From Balanoglossus misakiensis (Eukaryota; Animalia; Hemichordata), in contig CM082584.2 in the NCBI GenBank assembly GCA_040954595.2, positions 5,088,110 to 5,152,109 of the forward strand: 64,000 nt of DNA, read 5' to 3'. The notes under the pieces are model-generated. The model ran no database searches and was not told the DNA's origin. It saw nothing but the letters and a program-made list of their open reading frames with translations. How positions within the stretch are numbered: the first letter of the stretch is position 1; each line of letters opens with the position of its first letter. Shown here one piece after another: positions 12,501 to 23,800 of this stretch. The translations under genes and the position numbers were made by a program.

Positions 12501-15500
12501 CTATAGGCGAAACTCATGTGAATCAAACAGAAATGGTGAACGAGAGGAAATCAAACTTGCCAAAGAAAAAAGAAAACAAGGTAAAATGAAACCTTGCTCA
12601 GTAAGCTATTGTTTTTTTTAAACCACTTCTCATGGAATATTTGTCTACAATTTTAAGACAGACTGTTACCAAAGTCAAAAATATCCAATCACAACGAAGG
12701 CCTTGCAGTTGTAAAAAACATTTTGTTTACGAACCCACTTTATTACGTTATGGCTGGCATAGAAACTTCCGAGATGCATGAGATGCTTTCTTCCATTTAC
12801 TTTTTCAACTACAAACGATTTAATTTTGTATTGCTTTGTACAACATGTACTTTATATGTTTTTTTAAAATTTTTAAATTAACATTGATAATACACTATAA
12901 CCCATTTTTAAATAACAACAACTCTCTTCACTGCAGTTGAGGACCCTCAGTATGCTTATATAGATGTACCATCTGAAAGATCAGAGGGAACGTCACATAT
13001 AAAACCAGCTACAACATTTCAAATGGATCCAGAAGAAAGTGCATATGCTGGTTTATCAATAGAAATGGTTTGTATATTTCAATGCATATCTAAACAATGT
13101 AGTTTATACGTATATGTACTGGTACACCCCTTTTTTAAACTTACCTAGTTTCCATCACCAAATCCGGATAATCTTTTACTGGTTGCCTGATCTATGGATA
13201 ACTCATGTACTTGCCTTGCTTAAAGTCTACCATTTTGATTAAAGTTTCATATTACATAAACCTGTTGGTAAAACATTAATTACACGTGTTGGGAAAAAGT
13301 TGAACATTGCTGGAAGTGGTGTGGCAATTAAAAGAAGACCATGCCTTTCTCTCATTGTGTCCACATAGCTGTTAACTGGTCAAACTGATCCCTATGTTCT
13401 TTTTACCCGCACAGTTACATCAACTTGAGTTCTCTTTTGCTTTCAGGAAACAGGTTCGGAGTATACCTCCCTGAATCCTTTAACAAGATTAACCTCCACG
13501 ATCATTCCAGTCTCAGATGTTAAAAAGACATTCACTGATTTACTGAAAAAAGATCAACAAACTATGAAAACACGTCTGTATTCAGAATGGCAGGTTAGTG
13601 TTGATTTTTAAGTCCTAGGTAAAATTACAGCCAAAATATCAAATCCAGTAGCATCTTCTTTGAGTAAATTTTATTCAAGACTTAACAGAGCTACCTCTGT
13701 ACGATCACATTGCAACAGTAACAAGAGTTAATTTCGAGGAAGTAATATGAAATTCATTGAAACGAGTAACATATATTTTAATTTGGATCATTTCACTCAC
13801 ACCAATCATTTTTTTCTCTCCACTCAAATGTACAGAATTTAAACGGAAACAGTTACAAACCCAAACCAGAAGAATCTAAGAAAGGTCGTCTACCTAAAAA
13901 CCGAAAGAAAAACCGGTTTGCCAATATTTTGCCCAGTAAGTGTATTAATGTACCGATAGTTATGGGTCCAAAGGCTCCAATCATATGCTTGAATGAACTA
14001 CATGTACTATATATACTCTATAAATCACACAGATTCTCGGTCATGTTTCAGTTGACAAGTACTGTCCCATGTTGACTACAGTCATACAGGATCCTAAATC
14101 AACAGATTACATTAACGCAAGCTTCTTGGATGTAAGTATTCTTTGTATATCAAAGCTTAAAATTCAGGTATGCTAGTGATAAACTATGATACTTAAGTCT
14201 CTTCAAACATTTGGAACTTTATTATACATGATTTAATCTGTTACTCAATTAATAGACATACAATGTGACGAATGCTTTCCTGGTAACCCAGATGCCCTTA
14301 CCAAGTACTATCGTAGATTTCTGGAGAATGGTCTATGATCACAAATCGCGTATCATTGTTATGCTGAACGACGTGGATAGTGAAATGAAAGTGAGTATCA
14401 CATTTGAAGTTCATTATCCATTTTTTTTTTTTCATACTTCAAAAACTGCTTGTCGTGGTACACTCAACTTAACTTAATTACTTTTCAATCTTATGTCTGA
14501 TATAATGTGAATGACTTCATTTTTGGAGGTATAGTAACACATTTTTAGGTCCCATTGGTATATACCATGGGACCTTATAGGATCGGTTGCGTATGGATGG
14601 ATGTATGTCTGTATATGCAAAAATATGCAAATTAGCTGGGAAAATGTGAATTTGGTCAAAACTCGGTAACTCAAGAACTACTGGTCAGATTGCTTTGCAA
14701 AGTGAAGTGGTGTGTATTACTTTATTGAGTTGTTTTAATTAGGCAAGAAGTTCCGTGGTGTGATTGATTTACACAGCAAATTCCTGAATGATTACATAAC
14801 TGGCTAAGTTTTAAAGAGGCCAGCTGTTCTATTTAGTGTATGTACAGTACATATGCCATTGGCAGCTTATGGGTCAGTCAGTGCTTGCCCATTGATCTCT
14901 CGATATGTGTGTGTGTGTGTGTGTGTCTGTCTGGCTGTATATGGCCATGTACTCCGGTGTACCGTAGACTTTTTCTTGTGTAATAACTCAATGATCTCTA
15001 AAGAGGGAACTGGGGGTGAAAGGGTTAAATATAACCTTGTGTCTCTTATACTATAGGACAGGTGTCTTTACTGGCCTGATGAATATGAAGACAAACATTT
15101 TGGACCATTTGATGTGAAACTCGAAAGCACAAATGTTGGAGATATTGTCGAACGAATCCTTACACTCTCCAAGGTAGGAATTTAAATAATATTGTACCTT
15201 TTTTGTGACAATAAATAAATAAGAAATGATTTATGAGCTTGGTATATCTATCAATCAATCAATCAATCAACCAATCTATCAGTGGTTGCTTTTTGAAAGT
15301 TGGTCTGGTTTATACATACAGCATTTCGAAAAGCGTCTGTCATATCTTACACCATATTTATTAATAATGGTATAAATATTTTTCAGTAACTTAGAGAGAA
15401 TAGTATAATAAAGATGCAAATGAGATCCTATCATTTCCATTTTTAGGGAGAGGATTCAGTCTTGATACACCAGTTTCAAATTCGTCGTTGGAAACACAAC

Positions 15501-16539
15501 CATGAAACTGGGAAACTGACCAAGATCATCGTAGAGTTAATGAACATGGTTAAGCAAATACAACAGGAAGCTGAAACTGGTCCCATTACTGTGCATTGCA
15601 TGTAAGTTATTGTTTCCGCCGGCAACCAGAAATTCCATGTGTGAATCAGAACTGCCATTGCGCATAGTGGAACATGAATTTTCCATTTTTGGGGGTAGCT
15701 TTCACGTTGCTATTACTTTTTACTAGAATATTACATATTACGAACCTTACATTAAAGGCATGTTGATTGTACTGGCTTCCTTGGTGGCTTTGTCAAATAA
15801 ACAAAACATATAAGCAGCAAATGGAACTATTTTTGATAAATACATGCTGGATAACTGGAAATTTATTGGCAAAATTCAGCATACATTGCTGACCATGAAA
15901 GATCCAGGAATCACAGCTCTATTTTATTTTGTGTGATATTTAACAGGTGTTAATTTTGAGGTTTTCGTTTTCTTGTCAGCAATGGTATTGGTCGAAGTGG
16001 CGTATTCTGTGCTGCCATCTCTGCATGTAAACGAATCAAAATCGATCAAATGGTGGATGTCTTCCAGGCTGTCAGGACAATCAGAAATTTCAGGCCAAAC
16101 ATGGTTGAAACATTGGTGAGTAAAATATACAGTGAAATGGCTAATAGACAGTATTTACTGCAGTAATGCAATGTCCCTCTCTGTCTACTAAGTATGTACC
16201 AAGGGTATACTCTGGTAGGTATACTTTCTTGACAGTAACAATCACCCTTGTTTTCCTTTCAAGAACTTTCACTGGGGAGGTTAGAGCTTAAATAAACAAT
16301 TTCTGAATAGAAATCAGAGGCTTGATATGATTGGAATACATCTTTACAAAGATCTACAACTATACCCCTCACTGTCCATCGTCTAACTCCTGTCAAACAC
16401 AAGTTCAATCCAACACGTCAATTTGTATAAACCCAAACATTTCTTTATATTTCCCCAGGAACAATATCAACTCTGCTATGAAGTGGTTGTGACGTACTGC
16501 GATGAAAATACTCAAACATATGTCAATATCACTTCTTAG
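543..16539 (+). CDS. Tie-like-ectodomain receptor-type tyrosine phosphatase-like protein (copy A): SP-Ig-Ig-EGFx4-Ig-FN3x4-RPTP stalk-TM-Tyr motifs-single D2-type PTP domain, ~1464 aa
   Basis: 29 GT-AG exons join in one frame (4395 nt): 543-591, 2256-2567, 2800-3051, 3575-3709, 4106-4252, 4920-5051, 5504-5659, 5957-6232, 6664-6993, 7271-7341, 8019-8262, 8728-8954, 9258-9327, 9653-9759, 10225-10420, 10822-10948, 11234-11486, 11741-11786, 12234-12342, 12507-12580, 12937-13067, 13447-13593, 13836-13935, 14052-14131, 14256-14390, 15057-15173, 15447-15601, 15980-16115, 16459-16539. Signal peptide MHRLLSLVLFIPLTFT. Tie-type motifs RLIVRGC...DTGECICPPGFMG, DPYGCSC and GDGP. RPTP stalk YYITA..FIIGD..YGGYSNVPL. 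TM IGAIVGGVVAVVVIASLIIIAVFLF. PTP motifs KNRF, DYINAS, TQMP..T..DFWRMV, IVML, CLYWP, VHCINGIGRSG, EQY. Confidence 0.9.
1258..1590. mobile_element. MITE with ~33-bp imperfect TIRs in intron 1; paralogous copy at 18586-18919
   Basis: 5' aggtaccattaagaagtttctgaaacgtctcag and 3' ctgagacatttcagaaacgtcttaatggttcct are reverse complements. Confidence 0.7.
4306..4718. mobile_element. TA-flanked Tc1/mariner-type MITE in intron 5; paralogous copy at 23268-23681
   Basis: Termini tactgtaaaacatgtttttttcgcgag ... ctcgcgaaaataacacgttttacagta. Confidence 0.7.
5835..5915. mobile_element. Mutator-like MITE (81 bp) with 9-bp TSD, copy A only
   Basis: TIR caatctgattaaaatcag..ctgattttaatcagattg. Direct repeat tacaacgtc at 5826-5834 and 5916-5924. 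Empty site in copy B at ~24781-24797. Confidence 0.85.
7845..7960. mobile_element. Mutator-like fold-back MITE (116 bp) with 9-bp TSD, same family as 5835-5915
   Basis: Same TIR. TSD gtacagtat at 7836-7844 and 7961-7969. The element is almost entirely an inverted repeat. Confidence 0.88.
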
Positions 16540-17868
16540 CTACTTGGTGATTATGGGATACTTTGCCTGAGCAAATGTTACGAAGGTTTCAAACTCCAAA
16601 GGAGATTTAGGGCAAAGGTTACATCAAACTAGTGGTCTATATTGCGTTTGCACCCATTTTATGATATTACGGCTATCTTTCCTGAAATTACTCATTTACA
16701 GTTATAAACGAGAGAATCAACCACTGGTGGTTGGAGAAGTCTTTTCAAATTCTCTGCTAAAATACCAGAATTGCACGGCAGTTACATACTCGTATCCATG
16801 AAACTATTAATCACGAGAAATTGTAAACAGAAAAGTGAGGGGTACTGCAATTTTATTAAAGTTCAACTTTGTGGTAGTAAACTTATAAATGTTTTTTTTT
16901 CTTGTAGACAGTGATTCTTTGACCTATTTTGGTATAATCCAAAGTAAAAATCCTGAGATAGTCAGGTGGATACAATTTTTTCTTCACATTTAATAATAAT
17001 ACAATAAAGATTACACATTTTTCTGGTAAGTTTGATTTCATTTTATATGTTTATAGAGAAATATAATGAGACATTTTAATAGAAAACTAACCGGTATTAC
17101 AATGTTATTAAACTTTGCCGTCATGAATGAACTTGCAAATGACTTTTCTCATAGACAGTGACACTTGTATCAAGTTACAATTTTTTCCAGCAACTTTGAT
17201 GTCATTTATGTTTTTATAGAATGTAGAGACAAATTGAACTTTCAAATTTCAAGAAAATTACATATACATGTACCAGTATGTTTGAATATTGACTATGTGG
17301 GATATACATGTAATTTCAACGGATGTGTATACTTTATTACTTTATATCTGGTTTTAAATTGAAAGCTTGTTCTGTTTTAGTGATCATGTTATATTCAGAT
17401 TATATTTTCCTGTATTTACAATTTTTTGTTGCCTACAACGGCTTTTCATATTTCATTAAATCTTTTAAAAGTAACTGTGCCTCAATGGAAGCAATTTTTG
17501 TATGTTGTGGTGAAAAGACAGCCTCTTTTTTTCCAAAGCTGCCTGGTATAAAGAGTTTTTCCCCAAAAATCCTCCAGCCCCTACTGAACAACCCATATAG
17601 CTCTGAATGAATAAAAGAGTAAAAGTTATGAAGAAATTATTAAATACGTAAGTTTGTCAAATTCTATTTGGTATGCATTGCAATCTAACTTAGCTGCAAA
17701 GGTGTGAATTAAAGCATGCCAAACACGGAAATGTCCTTGACCACAAGAAAAATTGTTTGACCCCGGGTGATATACGATATATAGGCAAACAAATGTGACA
17801 ACTGTATCCATATCGAGGTATCAAGGGCCATAACGTAACAGAGTGAGCTGTGAAATAATTTCATCAGA

Positions 17869-20800
17869 ATGTATCGTCTTCTAAGCCTGGTTTTATTCAT
17901 TCCATTGACATTCACAGGTAAGTTATGAGGTATAAATGTTTGTAAAGTTCTCATAGCTGCATGCATACTCTCTGAATCAAACAAAAAAATATAGACAGTG
18001 TGAAATTTATGATTCTGGTAGCTCCCATAAGTTAGTTTGAGCATGACATTTACTGCTAAAAAGACCATGTGTGCAATTTTCTGAGCTACACATTGAAAGC
18101 GTCAAAATAGTCCAAATAGTGGCAAAATGTAACTATTACCATGTCAATCATGCCAAAAACAATGTGTTTTACTGTTGCATTTTGAAGTTTATGGCAAGCA
18201 ACTTCGTAGCTTGGATTTTTTTACCATTATACTTCCTGGTTGCTAGGCTTTGCAGATGCATTAAAGGACAACACCAAGCCATTATTGGTTTTCTGGCCAA
18301 GCACTTGTACCGGTACATGTACCGTACTAGCGTTCTTATCATTTGCAAACATATCACTTTTATTTGATTACAAACTGACTAAACACAGAACTCCAACAAG
18401 AGTAACTTTGTGAGCAGCCCAATGGGGGCTTGTGTTAAGTCACAAATTTACAATGATTCACATAGTTACTGCAAAGTTATAACTACCCTGTTTTTGAGAC
18501 CTATCATGACCCCATAACATAGATCGATTGAACTCACTATGTAAACTTGGAAAGCTTATTTCGCTTTTTATTATGGGGTTCATACAGGTACCATTTAAGA
18601 AGTTTCTGAAACGTCTCAGGTCAAATGCTGGCATAAATTATTGTTTATGATTGGTTTAATACCAGGTTCACACAGGGTAAAATTTAAAACGTTTCTGAGA
18701 CACTATTCGCCTATGGTAAACACACAGTTTATGCATATGCGCTGAGGCTCGGCCCCATAGACAATGGGTTGCAGAGAGGTGTTAATCCTTACACCGGCTC
18801 TCAGGTCTGGCCGGCAAATTATACCGTCTCAAATCTGGACCATGCACTTAAACTGTTCACGCTTAATAATTTACGCCAACTGGTATCTGAGACATTTCAG
18901 AAACGTCTTAATGGTTCCTCTTTTTATTTTATGAAGGCATATTCTCTTATTTTGTACTTCAGATCTTCCCATGTTTTTGTGTCAATTAATTCTTCATACA
19001 TACATTGATCTTGCTTTGGATTGTCACTTTATGTTTAACAAGTCATCACAGATGACAAAGTCTGTCCCCTTTTGTCAATGGGTCAGTGGATAAAATATGA
19101 TGTTAAAATAAATCTGTAGCAGCTGGGACATGGCAATCAGTTATGGATATGTTTAGCTGTGTTCTACGAGTTGGTGTATAAAAGTAGAGAGCAGGCAATG
19201 GGGTACAGTTGTATGTGGGCGCTCCGTACCTCCCCCCCCCCCCAAAAAAAAAAAAAAAAAAAAAAATTATAGGCATAATTTGTTGTTTTAGCCCGTGGAA
19301 TCAAAGAGATAAAACCACACCCCAAGGTGACAAAATTCTGTCGATATATGGAAATTGCTTCGCTGGTGTTGCTGTCATGTCCATGTTGGCTTGGGCCCCT
19401 AATAACTATAGCAAGGGAGGAGGGAGATATAAGCAAGGTACATGTAGTTGTTTCTTCTGTCCATTATCGTCTTTTCAATGTCTGTAGCATTATTGTTAAG
19501 ATTACACAGTAAAACTCAAAATTCCCGGTATACGTAACCAAAGAAGTAACACTATCGCAAATATCACACTTTTGATTTCATTTTGCAGATGCTCGGTTAG
19601 ATGTCACCTTATATAATGCTAAAGCATTACCAAGTTTAAGTGATAGTACTTATTTCATTGGTGGATACTCAGCTGGTGATACCATAAATACTGTAGGTAC
19701 AGATTTTGCCTTTGGAAGGCTCCTAGATACGGGTACAGGAGGTGCACTCCCTGCAGGTAGTTACGAGAGCACCTTCAATAACTATGCATTAAGACTCTAC
19801 TTACCCACTGGTGCTGGCAGACCTGGTGTGTACTACTGTGATGCCAATGCTAACACTGGAGAAACTGAGAGACTGATAACTGTAGTGGTTGCTGACTCTG
19901 GTAAGTTAGGAACAAATCTTTCCTCTAATTGACATATTTGGATATTACTCACAAATTTGATTTAATGTGTGGGTTAATGGATGAGCCCTATGGGGTGAAC
20001 ATTGATGGATGAATTTGTCCATTTTTGATGTTGATTTTGTTGTTTATATGAGCATGCATGTACTGTTCATGGCACATACAATTTTATTACTAATGATTAG
20101 AACATAATTTTTCTATGTAAGGCTTAATTATTAAAATGAAGGTCAATTATCTGTGCATCTGTCAGCTGAAATCAAACCAGAGAGTCAAACCAAAACAGTG
20201 AGTTTTGGAGAAGATGTAACATTGACAATGATAACATCCATCGCTGAATCATCATTGAAATGGAGACATGATGGAATAGAGAAAACACAATGGAATGGTC
20301 AGAAGAGTGTTACAATATCATTTGCAAGGACCAGTGATGCAGGAATCTATGAATGTTACACTGATGACAGCCAACGAAGTCAAGGACTACATGGAATTAT
20401 GAGACTGATTGTCAGAGGTAATATAAAGTGATTGACACTGCTTATGTTATAGGCTAAATAGCTGCAGTACATTTATGTTTAACTTAAAATCTCCTTTTCT
20501 TGTTACTTTCACATGACATGGTAAGATTGGAATTTGTAAAACAAGGCATGATCGTGTGTTTTTAGCACCATCAAACTTTAACAAAATTCATTTATTATCT
20601 CTCCCTCCCAAAGAGCCTCTTGTAGATTGAATATATATAATTATATAAATAAATAATTAATAAATAAGTAAATAAATTAAAGCTGCAAGCAGCGTTGGCG
20701 GGGCACAAGCGGTTCCCATGGTAACCAGCGAATGCCAAGGCTGTATCTGCTGTGGATACCATGATATAGAAAATAGGTCAAAGGTCACCTGAGGTCACCC

Positions 20801-23800
20801 CAAATTTGGGCAAAACATTTTGACACCGTACTTGTCCATGTCCAACAAAAACCAAACGTCAAGCCCTGTTGGTTAGCTTGGAATTAGATATGCACATAAT
20901 TAATGAGGTCTTGTGTAAGACTGCATTATGTGCTCAAACCCCCCAAACGCCAGTGGTCTAACTGCTCTGGATGCTGAGATATGGGAAAGTAGGTCAAAGG
21001 TCACCCAAGGTCACCCAAAATTGGGCCATAAATTTTTGACTCCATAGTGGGCCATGTCCAACCACAACCAGACCTCTAGCCCTATGGGTTAGCCTGGAAT
21101 TAGATATGCAGAAAAATGATGTATCAGAAATAGGTCAAAGGTCATTTTCCAAAATTACCAAAATATTTGTGTCATGTCCTGTCACCAGTGGTACCCATGT
21201 ACACAAAATTCATGACTGTGATACTTTTACAAGAGGAGGTAATAAAATGGCATATGCATATACAATTAGTTGTTTGAAAACTGGGTCAAAGGTCATGTGA
21301 AAATTGCCAAAAAAAATTGTGACAAATTCCGGTCATATCCATGAAAAGAATTTCTGAGCTGTCAATATTTAGGCTAGAAATCAGAATTTTCATTTTTCAT
21401 CGGGTTTCAGGAAATCCAATATGGCCGCCATAATAATCAACCAATGACAACACGCTTTGCAAACTTAATAAACACGGGTTAGGTGACCACATACCCCAAA
21501 TCCCGTACGGACTCGGTAGTTGCTGGTTCTGGAGAAGAAGATTTTTTAAGTTTTCATGAGTTTTGTTCGAAAATTCAAAATGGCGGCCAAAGTCACGTGA
21601 CTGCTCAGGATTTTATTGTTAAACTTTTAACGGTAGAGGACATGTATACTACACACCAAATTTGAACCTGATTAGCCCTGTAGTTTTTGGGAAGAAGTCG
21701 TTTAAAGGTTTTCAGAAAATCCAATATGGCCGCCAGGTCACTGCACGTCTACTCATTGGCCCCTATCACCCTACCAAGTTTCAGCCCCGTGGGTGCTGTG
21801 GTTTTTCAGATCCACCTGGCCGAAAATCTCGATAGGCTTGTGCCCCTAATAAATAAAATTTTCATACATGGAACGTCTGTATTGCTACTGTGCTATTTTT
21901 CTAACAGTGAAGATATGAGCCCGTATTTTCACCTAGTAAAAATACAGAATATATTTTCACTGTGCCTGGAACTATTTTTGAGAATGCGCTAAATCATCAC
22001 ACAAAAGTGTTGTGGTGAACTGAATCAACAAATTGCCGTATTATATCGAAATCAAATGCAATTTTGTTAAGTTATACGCATTAACCACATTGATCACCTG
22101 ATCCCATCGCCCTGTCACACTTGGCTATGGGCTACTGCTGTGATCCCGGGGCGCAGGTTCAAATTTTTGACCGTAATATTTTTTTACTCGGCACATTTTC
22201 ACAAATCGTACTGTTTTATAAGTATCCATGTATGATAAAGGGGTTATTACACTTTTCTTGATAACACGGCGTATTCTCGTGATGCTCCATATTAAAATTT
22301 AAACTCGTTGCTTTCTCAACTCGTAAAAATACGGACACATCACTCGAATATGATGTATAATCGATTCACAACTGTGAAAGTTGTTTAATTTTTCGCTAAA
22401 CTTATTTGTAGAAAACCCCTAACACATTTCATCTGCAGCATATCTTTAATTTATCTTGAAATGAAATTACCCTTTAATTTAAAATCTGAATGAAAAATCG
22501 ACTGAAATTCATATTCAATTCCCATTTTAGGTTGTCCAAATGGAAAATGGGGATTACCAGACTGTCTGTCTTCATGTCCAAGTACGTGTTACAATGGAGG
22601 AATATGCAACTCTGACACTGGTGAGTGTATATGTCCGCCTGGATTCATGGGAAGTAATTGTCAAACTGGTGAGTATATTGAGTTAATATATTTCTGTGAA
22701 TACCAAGTCCAATGCCATGTAAGTCCCAAGCAGGGCTTGATTGGAATCAACAGTTAATTCTTCTCCACAGCCAACAATTATTGAAGGCTGATCACAAATT
22801 GATATCATCAGTACTTTTAATTTTACACATAACTTCTACAGCTTGTTAGGACGCTGCTTGGTGTTTTCTTGCCTGCAGTAGTTTTTTTTTAATGTTTATA
22901 TATATATACATCAATGCAAATCTTTTTTTCCATACACATATAAACATGTACTGGAGTAGTGTTAGTTTTCAATATTAATAATAATAGATATCTCACACCA
23001 GTATATTGCAGTAGCTGTCCCCTCATGTACATAATTGTTTTAAAAAAAAAATTGACTTGTTTTACAGGTTGTGGAAAGAATAGCTGGGGAATAGAATGTA
23101 GTCGTCCGTGTTCAGTTAGCCATCAAGATGGATGTCGCAGGACAATGTATTGTATTGCTGATCCCTATGGGTGTTCATGCAGTACATCATATACAGGGCT
23201 AGACTGTTCAACTGGTAAGTATAACCGGTTCATAAAGAGAAATGGTTGATGCAAGAAATTAAAATTATATTGTAAAACACGTTTTTTTCGCGAGCAATAA
23301 ATTTACGCCAAATGACACAGGAGCCAAAAAAAGCGAAAAATAAAGACTCGCGTAAGTATAGTTGTGAAAGAACAATGTGGTAAATACTAGTAAAAGAACA
23401 ATAGTCAAACACACACACAACAAAATGTTTTCAGTTTGAAAGTGCAGGTAATTTATTAAAATGGTTGCGGTTTCATGTTTTTCTACACATCATGCAATTT
23501 GTTTGAACATCGTGGTTTGTGGCCAAGAATCTTGCTACAAATGCGACAAATAAACGTACAATAATAGTTTTTCGGAGATAACGTTGCAGAACGAGACTGC
23601 GAAAAATTAATACTCGCGTAACAGTGGCCTCTCTCGATATCGCGAAAATTTCAACTCGCAAAAATAACAAGTTTTACAGTATTGTTCATGTTAGTGTAGT
23701 CATTGTGATTTACAATGCAACAAACAAGTTTGATTTTGTCATCACCATTCACTCGTAACAAAAACAAATAAACACATATTTGTTATCTATAGTGTGCCTT

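Noticed and set aside
543-16539. Calling copy A a Tie1/TEK receptor tyrosine kinase ortholog
   Set aside because: No kinase motifs (GxGxxG, HRD, DFG) follow the TM segment. The cytoplasmic domain is PTP-fold.
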